From positions 59,396,001 through 59,460,000 of the forward strand of contig OZ024746.1 of assembly GCA_964016885.1 (NCBI GenBank): a DNA stretch of 64,000 bases, written 5' to 3'. Source of the stretch: Eledone cirrhosa. Its lineage: Eukaryota. Numbering within the stretch: position 1 is the first letter of the stretch; every line of letters starts with the position of its first letter. Below are positions 28,670-41,782 of this stretch, piece after piece. Both the position numbers and the translations under genes were made by a program. Below the pieces are notes generated by a model. That model saw nothing but the letters and a program-made list of their open reading frames with translations. It was not told where the DNA came from and searched no databases.

Positions 28670-30105
28670 AATGTTTCTACTTTTAAATTATCACAGTGCA
28701 TTACTGGTACTTAATTTTATCGACCCCATAGGGATAAAAGGCAAAGTTAACCTCGGCAGGATTTGAAGTCAGACCGTAAAGGACCGTAACTCTTTGCTAC
28801 AATGCATGACGTCAGACCCACTACCGATACTGCCAATCCACCGCCCATTGTTTATAATATAATTGTTTCTACTTTTGGCACAAAGCCAGCAATTATCCAG
28901 TACATTACTAATACCAGTCAATTACTGGGGTCAAGATAATCTACGTTCTCCTCCCTTAGGAATTGCTAATATTGTGACTATATTAGAAAACATTATTCTC
29001 ATCATCACAGCCACCTGAAACAAGAATCGTTAAGTTAGAAATCACCATCAATGATAATAATTGTTTCTACTTTTGGCACAAGGCCAGCAATTATTCCAGT
29101 GCATTACTGGTACTTTATTTTATCGACCCCGTAAGGATGAAAGGCAAAGTTAACCTCGGCGGGATTTGAACTCAGACCGTAAATGGAGCGTAACTCTATG
29201 CTGCAAACCATGGCGTCTGATACTGCCAATCCACCGCCCTAATGATAATCAAAAAACCTTTAATGATAATAAACTAATTTGGGGGGAGGGGAAAGTCGAT
29301 TAAATCGACCCCAGTGCGGGACTGGTACTATATTTCAAGTACTGAGATCGATTTAATCTACGTTCCCCTCACTCCAAATTGTTGGCCCTGTGCCAAATGT
29401 AGAAACAATTATTATTCTTATTATTATTATTGAGGGTGGTAGAGTGCCGGACACCATGCTTTGCAGCATAGAGTTACGGCCCTTTATGATCTGAGTTCAA
29501 ATCCCACCGAAGTTAGCTTTGCCTTTCATCCTTAAAGGGTCGATTAAATAAAGTACCAGTCACGCACTGGGGTCGATTTAATCGACTTTCCTCTCCTCCA
29601 AAATTGCTGACATTGTGCCTATATAAGAAACCAATATTATTGATGGTGGTGAATTTGCAATATTGGGAGTGCGTCAGACAAAATGCTTTAAGGTTACAGC
29701 TTTAAAATGCTTTACAGACAAAATGCTTTAAGTTACAGCTCAGTACGTTCTGAATTTATATCCCGCTGGGGTTAGTTTTACCTTTCATTCTGACGAAGTC
29801 GATGAAATAAAGTATCAGTAATACACTCGGGTCGATTTAGTGGACTTTTTCCTCCCTAAAAAATTATTGGCTTTGTGTCTAAATCAGAAACCATTATTAG
29901 GGCGGTAGAGCGTCGGGCAAAATGCTTTGCGGCATATAGTTATGGCCCTTTACTCCCTGAGTTCAAATCCTGCCCAGGTCAACTTTGCCTTTCATCCTCA
30001 AGGGATTGATATAATAAAATACCAGTAATGCAGTGAGGTTGATCTAGTCGATTTCCCCTTCCTTTCAAATTACTGGCCTTGTGCCAAAAGTAGAAATAAT
30101 TATTA
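28670..30105. mobile_element. Dense family-A SINE cluster (minus ~28670-28846 and ~29057-29240; plus ~29434-29640, ~29641-29900, ~29900-30105; plus fragments)
   Basis: Repeated B-box, core and tail motifs in both orientations. Confidence 0.85.
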
Positions 30106-31375
30106 TTTCTAACTTAATACTAATTATTACTACCATCATTAATTTTTTTTTAATTGATATGAGCGCATGAACACCATGACAACTCTGTTTTGTGTTCCCA
30201 ATGTCACCTTCAGAACATTCTAGAATGTTCCAATGAATGTGCTGATGTAGACAGTACTAGACACAGTTGAGACAGAATCGCTGCGTCTATCATCTGCTCC
30301 ACTGGACAGTATCCAAGTGAGGTTTTCAACACATTAGACTAGAATAAACTACAAACAACGTTAAACAAATTCCTCGACAATGGCTGGAAAACGTTTCTAA
30401 AATGCCAGTTCCATAAATCACTTGAAAAGTCAGCTATTTTATTTTTTTTAATATTATTTTATTCACATGAACTTGCCAAGTTATTTTTAAATTTTGGTTT
30501 TTATCGAAACAGTTTAATCACGTTTTCTAAAGATGGCTTCCTGGTCTGTTGGTCTTGTACCTATGGAAGCTGTAGTTATTAAAAAATAAAAATAAATAAT
30601 GAAATCATTATCATCAAGACATTGGAGTCAACGTACTTTTCCATCGATTTGGTGACTTGTGACTAAGAAATTATCATTATTAAGTTTTCAAAAAATTCAT
30701 ATGGGTTTCGGTTGCACCATCAGCTAGCGACACAGAAGAAAACAACCACAAACCAGATGGTTGAAAGCCGTACAAGAAGATGCTTCATAGTCTGCATTGA
30801 ACGGCACACAATCGATAGCCTGAAATATAATAAAACATAGCCTAACATTATAAGAGAGCCTAAGAATGGCCACAGCACTTGAAACGGGAAAAATCTGTTC
30901 ACAGGTTTCCACTCAGCTGAACAACTACACCCTAACGTAAATGCCTGAACTCTATCCTATTGGCTACTGTTGACGCCATTGAGTTATTATACAGCGTCAA
31001 AAACAACATGATCAAAATCTAGGCTTGATTTACAACACATTAATGAACATATAATGTATAAGATTGTGTCAATATTATTGAGTAAGACGCCATACTCTAA
31101 ACTGTCCATTAAATAAAATAAAAATCTGTTAAATTTTTAATGCCGTATCATAGAAACATAAAAACACTGTTTTCGTTTTGGTTTTAATTTGCTGTTATAC
31201 AAATACACGCACACACGCACATACACATACATATATACACACACACATACACACGCGCGCGCGCACGCGCACGCACACATACATATATATATATATATAT
31301 ATGCTCTTTTACTCTTTTACTAACCGACTTGCTGAGGCCATGCTGTGTCACCGCCATTAACATAACATTCCACGC

Positions 31376-31500
<125 letters not shown>

Positions 31501-31637
31501 AGTGAACATTAACAACAACAAAACAAAACAAAGATTACCAGGTAACTTTTTCGTTACCTCATCTTACAATCCATTTTGCATTGTTATATATATATATATA
31601 TATATATAGTTATGTAATAAACAACATAAGGCAATTA

Positions 31638-31698
31638 TTTCATTTACCAGTGGTTTCTTAAAAGCAAAAAAATGTTGTTTTCAATCATCAGAATGAAA
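31638..31698 (-). ncRNA. Type-I hammerhead ribozyme, intact core
   Basis: tttcatt-CTGATGA-ttgaaaacaac..ttgcttttaa-GAAA-CCACTGG-TA-aatgaaa, with a 7-bp stem I. Confidence 0.85.
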
Positions 31699-32089
31699 AA
31701 ATCCTGATGTATTTATTGGCGTTGGATTTTAAAAATAAAAATATAATCTATATGAAAGTGAGGCGGGAAAAGGAAGAAGGAAAGGAAAATGAAAACACAC
31801 ATGCAAACACACACACACACACAATTATATACATACACATATATATATACATACACACATACATACACACACACATACACACACACATACACACATACAC
31901 ACACACACATATATATGTGTATATATATACATACACATACATATACACATACATACACACATAAATATCAACATATCCATACATACACATACATCAAATA
32001 CACAAACGTGCATACACACACATACATGCATATATATATATATACATAAACATATATATACATACATACACACATACATATATATATAT

Positions 32090-32136
<47 letters not shown>

Positions 32137-32395
32137 CATATACATACATATATACATACACATACGTATATACACATGTACATACATACACATACATACA
32201 CACATATATACACGCATACATACGCATGCACAAATATAGAAATATATACACACACCTACATACACACACACACAAATAAATAAAAGAAAAAATATATAAT
32301 ATTAAAAAAATAAAAATGAATATAAATATTAGTATAGTGTTGACAGCGATACAGGCAACAAATAAATGAACAAACACACGTGGTAACAATACACA

Positions 32396-32595
32396 NNNNN
32401 NNNNNNNNNNNNNNNNNNNNNNNNNNNNNNNNNNNNNNNNNNNNNNNNNNNNNNNNNNNNNNNNNNNNNNNNNNNNNNNNNNNNNNNNNNNNNNNNNNNN
32501 NNNNNNNNNNNNNNNNNNNNNNNNNNNNNNNNNNNNNNNNNNNNNNNNNNNNNNNNNNNNNNNNNNNNNNNNNNNNNNNNNNNNNNNNNNNNNNN
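32396..32595. other. Assembly gap (200 N)
   Basis: N run. The same 18-mer acgtggtaacaatacaca lies on both sides. Confidence 0.99.
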
Positions 32596-32777
32596 ACGTG
32601 GTAACAATACACACAAATGCACGTACACATACATACGTAAAAATAAATACATACACACACTCTCACACATACACATACAAATACAAATACATAAACACAT
32701 ACATACGCATACACATATACACACACACACACACACTATATATATACATATATACACACACATACATATACATATAT

Positions 32778-32808
<31 letters not shown>

Positions 32809-32822
32809 ATATATATATATAT

Positions 32823-32859
<37 letters not shown>

Positions 32860-32989
32860 CATACATATTCATACATATATACACATACATATACATACAT
32901 ATCACCAACACATACATACAATTCAAACACATATATATATGTGTGTAAAACTCATTCTTAGATAATTCATATGAACCTTGTTTAACTCT

Positions 32990-33051
<62 letters not shown>

Positions 33052-33395
33052 TTATATACATATATATATATATACATATATATACCTACACACACATATA
33101 CATACACATACGTATACATACATACACACACACACATATAATTATATATATATATATATAAGAAAGAACATAAATATTATATATATTAAAAAACCTAAAT
33201 ATTGTATATATAAAAATAAAAATAAAAATGAAAATAAAAAGTTGGGAATACGACAAAATAATAAATAAAAATATATTTAGAAAAGGGTATAAATGTTTAT
33301 AGCAGAATTAGAGCACTCAACAAGTTCCTGGAGCAAAAGATCAATTAAAATAAGCATTAAATCACTGTATGTAATTATGCATATACATACACACA

Positions 33396-33462
<67 letters not shown>

Positions 33463-33881
33463 TATAATATATATATAGTATATATATACATTACATACAC
33501 ACACACATACATATACGTATATATATATATACACACACATAGGAAAAAGTTTGACCCCACGGCAGAGCTCAAGCCGTTTCTAAGGCTATTATATATATAC
33601 ACACAGTGTATATAAAAGTACAATAAAGTACCAGTAATGCACTGGGTAATTTGCTGGCATTGTGCCTAAAGTAGAAACAATTATATATATACACACAAAA
33701 CCATTATATAAAAAATACATATACACGCACAAATATACACACGCCCATACACACACGTACAAATCCAACAGAAGTATATAATATGCAATTATATATACAT
33801 ATACATATACATACAGATAGACATAAACATACATACACACACCATATACATACACATATACATATACACACACATATACAT

Positions 33882-33926
<45 letters not shown>

Positions 33927-34164
33927 ACATATACATACATATACGGAACACACAAAACAATAAATATCTAAAAATAAAAAAATTGGTACGTGAAGGGTAA
34001 GGCAGAAAGTAGGGGGGGGGTAATAAATGATATAGGAAAAGGTTTAAATATAAGGGGAGATAAGGGAGAAAGAGAATACGAGAGTACAGAACGTGGATTC
34101 AGCAGGTAAAAAAACCGTAGTGGAAGTAAAGAGCAGAGGAGTTCAAAGTGGTTGAGTTATCGTA

Positions 34165-34450
34165 GGAATGTCAATCCAGTTACAGATCAGATGTGATTTC
34201 AGATGAGAACAACATCTGAAGATCTCAGTCTTCGATTTCAGGCAAGCAGAAGTGGCTTTCAAGTTTAGCAAAATCCTATATTTTTTCCGTGGTACACAAA
34301 GAACAATTCTTTGTGCCCCTTTGGTACTCCCTCGAATGGTCTAAAATAGACCAATCGATAGAGTACGGGATATTTTTATCCTTGAATTCCCACACCTTAC
34401 TTGCGAGGGCCGTTGCTGTTCGTTTATTGGAGTGCTTAAAAGAAGCGACG
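34165..34450 (-). pseudogene. PLE GIY-YIG endonuclease C-terminal remnant (one frameshift)
   Basis: ASFKHSNKRTATALASKVWEFKDKNIPYSIDWSILDHSREYQRGTKNCSLCTTEK / YRILL..LKSKTEIFRCCSH aligns by eye with SIKHQSQRNVTTLAEKAWTLRD..LKWEKL..FCKLCNLEIYYII..LNNRIERTLFCRH of the 45.3-46.4 kb ORF. Confidence 0.85.
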
Positions 34451-34681
34451 AATTGTTGCCTGTATCGCTGTCAACACTATAATAATCTTTATATTCATTT
34501 TTATTTTTTTATTATTATATATTTTTTTCTTATATTTATTTGTGTGTGAGTATGTAGGTATGTGTATATATTTCTATATTTGTGTATGCGTATGTATGCG
34601 TGTATATATGTGTGTATTTATGTGTATGTATGTACGTGTGTATATACGTATGATTGTGTGTATGTATGTATGTGTATATAT

Positions 34682-35401
34682 CTGGACCACGCATATAAGC
34701 AGCAAAGTTGACATGGCCCGCAGAATGTGTTCCTGGATCCTCAGAACCTTCCAGTCGAGAGATTCCCGCACCATTATCCTTCTCTTCTCTACTTTCGCCC
34801 GACCACACCTTGAATACTGTTGTCCACTGTGGTCTCCCCACACGAAACAAAGTATCATGAAACTTGAAGCTCCTCAAAGGGCAATCACAAAAAAGATAGA
34901 TGGCATGTCAGACCTTGACTACTGGGGTCGATTGGAAAACCTGAAACTTTACTCACTCCAACGTCGCCGTGAGCGTTATATTATCTGCATGATGTGGAAA
35001 ATGTTCCATCATCACTGCCCAAATGATGTTGGCATCGCCTTCAAGATACACCCAAGGCTTGGGCCCCGTGCTATCCGTCCCATTCAAAAATCTAAATCGC
35101 AACTCATAACAACAATACGGCACAATTATTTCACCTCAATCGGCCCTGCTCTCTTCAACATCACACCAGGACACGTCAAAACAGAAACTGACCACACAAA
35201 ATTCAAGAAATCTTTGGACAAATTCCTCCAAGTAATCCCGGACAAACCACCCACACCCGGATATGTCTCCGCAAACAGTAATTCTCTTCTCGAATGGGCC
35301 ATGGTGCCCAAATCCTGAATTGAAAGACTTCGCCAGGTGGTGCTATTAAGTTAGACATGGCCTGGGCCAATACTGGCCAAAACATTTCAAAGTCAAAGTT
35401 A
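34682..35401 (+). mobile_element. 5'-truncated CR1/L2-clade LINE (post-RT C-terminus, uninterrupted frame to 35318)
   Basis: [83 protein letters not shown]. Candidate TSD tatgtatgtgtatata at 34665-34680 / 35402-35417. Confidence 0.9.
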
Positions 35402-35410
35402 TATGTATGT

Positions 35411-35444
<34 letters not shown>

Positions 35445-35483
35445 ATATATATGTATGTGTGTGTATGTATGTATATATATGTT

Positions 35484-35601
<118 letters not shown>

Positions 35602-35897
35602 CACGTCTGTGTATTTGTATGTATGTCTATGTATGGATATGTTGATATTTATGTGTGTGTGTATGTTTGTATGTATGTTTATATGTATGTGTATATATAC
35701 ACACATATATGTGTGTGTGTGTATGTGTGTGTGTATGTGTGTATGTATATATATATGTGTATGTATATAATTGTGTGTGTGTGTCTGTGTTTGCATGTGT
35801 GTTTTTATTTTTCCTTTCCTTCTTCCGCCTCACTTTCATATAGATTATATTTTTGTTTTTAAAATCCAACGCCAATAAATACACCAGGATTTTTTTC

Positions 35898-35954
35898 TCA
35901 TTCTGATGATTGAAAGCAACATTTTTTTGCTTTTAAGAAACCACTGGTAAATGA
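35898..35954 (+). ncRNA. Type-I hammerhead ribozyme, intact core
   Basis: tcatt-CTGATGA-ttgaaagcaa/ttgcttttaa (10-bp stem II)-GAAA-CCACTGG-TA-aatga. Confidence 0.88.
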
Positions 35955-36049
35955 AATAATTGCCTTATGTTGTTTATTATATAACTATTAAGCTCTGTTA
36001 CCTACATAGACCACTCTTTTTTCCTGGACTTTTCCGACGGAATTACTTC

Positions 36050-36115
<66 letters not shown>

Positions 36116-36348
36116 CATATATTATTTTATTCTGAGTTAAGGCTCTATTGATTTTTCCCTGGATTTCACAAAATTCTGTGGATGAATCTGTCTTGATTCT
36201 TTTTGAATTGAATTTCAATTATTTTCCCACACCTTACGTTAACTATTTTTCCATTTTGACGCTATAGTCACTTATATATTATGAAATACTGTTGGCTTCA
36301 CGCTCACAACAATTTCTATACTTTTCATTTATATAAATATAGAGAGAG

Positions 36349-36702
36349 AGAATTCACAGGAATCAAAGTTATGTTCAAACCATTTATTAGCTTACAATTG
36401 TTTCATCCAAAAATCATATTAAAACAGAATCATGATGTATTTTAATTTTAATTCTGCTTTGATTCTGTTTTAATATGATTTTAATTTTTGAATTTAAATT
36501 GCCATTCAGAAATAATATAATATATGTAACTCCACTGTGCATCAATATATACATATGTATCTGTATGTCTCTTGCGTTGGAAAGGAGGTCATGAATGTAT
36601 ACAAACATAAAATAATGCTCCGAAGACATCAAGCCACGGTTTGGATGAAACAATTGTAAGCTAATAAATGGTTTGAACATAACTTTGATTCCTGTGAATT
36701 CT
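36349..36702. mobile_element. Small PLE-end fold-back (perfect 63-bp arms 36349-36411 / 36640-36702)
   Basis: The right arm overlaps an HHR motif; the left arm abuts (GA)n. Confidence 0.8.
36617..36661 (+). ncRNA. Minimal hammerhead motif (CCGAAGA variant, palindromic stem III CAATTG)
   Basis: gct-CCGAAGA-catcaagccacggtttggat-GAAA-CAATTG-TA-agc. Confidence 0.65.
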
Positions 36703-36862
36703 ATATAACTGCTCTGTAGAACAACTGATGTTATTACATTGAGCTATTTATCTTACTGGTAATAAGGTAGTAATAAATTACTGTCTTTCACTGTTTAGGG
36801 TTTAAAATATATATAACTATAAAAAGTTTTAGTATATACATAACCATAAATAGTATCCTTAA

Positions 36863-36896
<34 letters not shown>

Positions 36897-36899
<3 letters not shown>

Positions 36900-37091
36900 T
36901 TTATCCTGGTTTCAATCGGGGTTAACCACAGTAAGTAAGGTACTCAATACATAGCAGAGTATAAATAATTAATATAGGAATGACTTCTACAGGACTAGAA
37001 CCGTTTCATTCAGGAGAAATCATCATGGGCTTCCTGAGGATTTCTCCCGAATGAAACAGCTCTAGTCCTGTAGAAGCCATTCCTATATTAA
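36897..37091. mobile_element. Minimal fold-back PLE-end insertion (arms 36969-37025 / 37035-37091, tail 36897-36968) between (TA)n tracts
   Basis: Same family as 19461-20193; the duplicated part is essentially just the HHR. Confidence 0.85.
37028..37078 (+). ncRNA. Type-I hammerhead ribozyme motif
   Basis: ggcttc-CTGAGGA-tttctcccgaat-GAAA-CAG-ctctagtc-CTG-TA-gaagcc, with a perfect 6-bp stem I. Confidence 0.8.
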
Positions 37092-37096
37092 ATATG

Positions 37097-37180
<84 letters not shown>

Positions 37181-37211
37181 GTAATATATATATATATATA
37201 TATATATTTAG

Positions 37212-37407
<196 letters not shown>

Positions 37408-38990
37408 GCCAAAATTTCTTTTGGGTGCGATATAAGCTAGATAGACTAAAACATATAAATATATAATGTTCCCTTGTGGCCGAAACTGATTAGCGAGAAA
37501 CCATGTGATTAATTTTCTTCTTAATATGTATGATTAATTCCCCAGTCATGGATGTATTGACCAATAGGTATATACTTACCTATCCAGTCTTGACAGTAAA
37601 CATACTCACTGCTGTGACGACTGGAACAACCAGGAATTACGCCACAGTATGTTTCTTCTTCTTGATTACACAATATACAGTTGAGGTTAGCCTCTTGTTC
37701 TTGTATATTATATTTTACTAGTATGTGTTATGGTTATGCATCGATTGATCCTATGCAGCTAAAATTAGAGCTTCCGCTTCTGCCATTAATCCAGAACTTC
37801 TGAGCTTTTGTTAGTTTTTATATTGATTCATTTCCTCTCTGTCCAGTCTTACGGGTTATTGACCATGGAGAGGTTTTTTTTTTTCTTTTTGTTTGCTTTT
37901 TTTCTCCATTTCCTCTTTATTATTTTCTGGATTTCCGTTTTGAATTCATCCTTTTATTTTTAGAATAGTTATTTGGGGGTTTGTCTATCTGATTATTTTG
38001 TCTATTCTGTGGCCTTAAAATCTTCAGCCAACTCTTGCTTGACTCTAATTACTTTTCCCTAGTAATTGTTATTTATTCCTATTAACACGTCGTATCTAAA
38101 TGACCCGGGGTGCCTGTTCTTACTCCTATGAAGCAATATAAAAACCACACACACGTATACATACACACACATACAGTGTGTGTGTATGTGAATGAGTGTA
38201 GTACAGGAAGTTTAAGTATCATTGGTGTATGCTAGTGTGACTGCCAATGTATTGATTCCAAATTTGTAAAGTGTGTGTGCTCGCGTTATATTAAAAACAC
38301 GACTGTCTGCTAGTTTTTACTTTGCTTCTTTTCATATTTTCTTATGAGTCCCCCGTAGTTGGTTTGGAAACAATAAAGTTCCTAAATCCACCATCAACAT
38401 TGTTTATGCTATGTAACCCATACCGTCAGGCTCGTATCATTGGGGTAACGATGGTTGAGTATTCGTTCTCATGCATATAAATGCATATATTATATATAAC
38501 AGTCGATTAAAAAGATCCCAAACCTCATTTGCTTAACGAGTGGTTGTGGGGGAGAGCTTCTCAATCGGACCGAGGAAACGATGTTTCCATTGGTTTTTCC
38601 AAGTGCTAATACTATCTACCGGCTGCAAATCCAGGCAGAATATATATTATATATAAGGATAAATTAACGGAGGCATATGCCCTCGCTATTTCTTGTAAAT
38701 AATGTGCTCAAAGGAGAAGAGATCCTGAGCTCTTTAAAATACAATATGTTGAAAAGGTAACACACTAGAGAGAGATATATAGTGCGTTATCAATAATACA
38801 GGGAAAAAACCACCAGTGTATGGAATCTATAACCTATGAAAGGCAGACTATAGACACGATAATTAAAAATATAAATTAAAGCGTAAATAAATACCTCTAT
38901 AACTATATAACACACGTACAAATCCAAAGATATGTTTCACCAAAAATTTGTTGAAAGAAATGGTCTAGTCTCGGTTCAACATATTATATT

Positions 38991-39048
<58 letters not shown>

Positions 39049-39061
39049 GTTTGAACCGAGA

Positions 39062-39836
39062 ACGGTTGGAGGGTCACTGATGAAGGACCTACTTTTCACA
39101 TGCCCCACCATTTGCAACGGGCAGCCTATTATTTTCATATTTACACATAATTTTTATTCTGCTGCCACTCGTCTATTCGTTTTTACCCTTTCTAGCAGTC
39201 TCTTTCTCTGTTAGCCTCCTCCTCAACTTTCACTCACTCATTCTCTGTCCACTACCTCTCCTCCTCCTCTTTCCTCCTCCTCCTTCAAGTTTGACCTGTG
39301 TGTAATTCTTTTCTCGCGCGGTCTTGACCAAGCTGGTATGGAAATTTTTTTCTCTCTCTCTTTCGTCTGCGACTTCACAAAACTTACGTTTACCGAATTC
39401 GTAGACCAGACCCTTTATCTTCTTCTTCTTTCTTCTTCCTCTTCTCTCTTTTCTCTCTCTTCCCCCCCCCCCCCCACCCCCCCCCCCCCCCCCCCCCGTC
39501 AAACTTGGGCGAAATTCTTTCTTGCTCACATTTCAACCAGGTTTGATGGTCTTTTGTCTCTTGTTCACGATTTCACCGAGTTTATATTCATAGAGATCTG
39601 GGACTTGTCTATTTCTTCTCACTTTCCGTTGCTTAAACTTTTTTGTTTGTTACCCTGGCGTCCCCTTTGTTTACGTGTCCCAACGACTTTTTTTAGCCGT
39701 TGTTCGCACCAACCTGAGGCATATGGCCCTTAAAGCGATGAAATGCCTGGGACGGTTGGAGGGTCATGATGAAGGACCTACTTTTTCACATGCCCCACCA
39801 TTTGCAACGGGGAGCCTATTATTTTCATATTTACAC

Positions 39837-39840
<4 letters not shown>
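39062..39840 (+). mobile_element. Non-coding element bounded by ~89-bp direct repeats (39062-39150 / 39752-39840), between (TA)n tracts
   Basis: Near-identical direct repeats. The first contains CTGATGA, but no convincing GAAA box follows. Confidence 0.65.
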
Positions 39841-39885
<45 letters not shown>

Positions 39886-39911
39886 TATAATATATGTGTG
39901 TGTGTGTGTGA

Positions 39912-39945
<34 letters not shown>

Positions 39946-40122
39946 ATATATATGTGTGTGTGTATATATATATATAAATATATATGTGTGTGTGTATATA
40001 TATATATATATATAAATATATATGTGTGTGTGTGTATATATATATGCTGAAGTAAAAGTTAAGTGGAAATATCCAAGGGTAAGAGCACTCAGTCAATAGG
40101 ACGAGTTTAGTATAAATAATTA

Positions 40123-40188
40123 CAACAGTGACATGAGCAGGTACTCAAGTTTCGCTGGATTCTGGGCCCCAATTTCTTCAGCCTGTTA
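40123..40188 (-). ncRNA. Type-I hammerhead ribozyme motif (diverged stems)
   Basis: taacagg-CTGAAGA-aattgg..ccagc-GAAA-CTTGAG-tacctg-CTCATG-TC-actgttg. Confidence 0.65.
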
Positions 40189-40757
40189 TGAGAACAACGA
40201 AAAACTAAAATCTTTGTTTTTCATATATATATATATATATGATGGCTGCCCCCTCGTTATCGAGAATGGCCATTGCACCATATAACAATATTAATAATTA
40301 TCAATTAATTTTATCGTGCAATGCCTGTGCGTGAAAACAATTTTTTTTTAGGTGAGGAAAGGCTGTGCACTGAGCCAATCCCACTCTCTGAGCGACAAGA
40401 AGAAAAGATCAACATCATCGGTAACTACTGAGCCGCGGGTTTCATGTCGGAGTGATCCCAGTTTCCTGATTTGCCTTCTCCTAGAAGAATTCCCCGACAA
40501 AAGCTAGGGGTCCTTCCCTTTCAGTGGCTTAAGCGCACGATCAAGTATCCAGCCCGATTGCTTCTGTGTCCCCGCGCATATATACACATATGTATACATG
40601 TATATACATATATACATACATACATATATACATATGTATATACATATTTACACATTTTTGGATGGCCGTTGATTCTTATGAGTTCTTCTGCCCTTTGACA
40701 AGTTTTTCTTTTGTCCTGCCGGGTGTCCAAAATTACCCTCCTCACCAGTAAACTTGG

Positions 40758-40848
40758 TGGGGTTGCCGGTTTAGTCGCCGACGACCCGACCATGCGACAG
40801 GTTGTGCTGGGCATGGTCGTGTCGTCGGCGACTAAACTGGCAACCCCA
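40758..40848. repeat. GC-rich hairpin, 38-bp arms with a 15-nt loop
   Basis: tggggttgccggtttagtcgccgacgacccgaccatgc / gcatggtcgtgtcgtcggcgactaaactggcaacccca (2 mismatches). Confidence 0.9.
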
Positions 40849-41546
40849 TACATACATACATGCATACATACATACATAAACATTCCAAAAAATGTGCATC
40901 TAATAACTGCATATACACATGTACAGATACAAATATACACATGCACACATACAACTCAAAACATCCACATCCACACATACAATAACATCCATATCTACAC
41001 ATGCAGACATACATACATATCTACCTAGTTGATGTTGTGTAAATTCCAATGAGAGAGTCGTGTGTCTATGTTAGAAACCGACTCTCTCTCTATTGGTAAA
41101 ACTTTGTAAAATTATAAAACCAGAAGAACATACATACATACATACATACATACATACATACATACATACATACATACATACATACATACATACATACATA
41201 CATACATACATACATACATACATACATACATTGGTCTAGGAGGGAAGAGAAAGATAGTGTAGCAATTGTTTCTGCACTAAATCTCATGAACTTGTCAACC
41301 CCCCTCTCTCTCTCTCTCTCCTTGTTTTTCTCCTCCCTCTCTTTTTTTCATTTACACACGCATGCGCAACACTATAAACCGCTATAAACTGTCTGAAGTT
41401 CCGTTGTTCTTAAAATCTGTTTGTTAGTTTCTCTATTATTTTTGTGCATTTGTTTATTTTTATAAGTTGTTGGGAGCGCTCTCCTGTATATATATATGTG
41501 TGTGTGTGTGTGCGCGCGCGCCTGTGTTTGTTGTGTATTACACACA

Positions 41547-41577
<31 letters not shown>

Positions 41578-41582
41578 GGTAC

Positions 41583-41622
<40 letters not shown>

Positions 41623-41703
41623 CACATATACATACATATACACACACTCATATATATATATATATATACATACACACACATACACATATATATATATATA
41701 TAA

Positions 41704-41782
<79 letters not shown>

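Noticed and set aside
29786-29822. CTGACGA..GAAA hammerhead candidate
   Set aside because: A chance variant of the SINE core; stems I and II do not pair.
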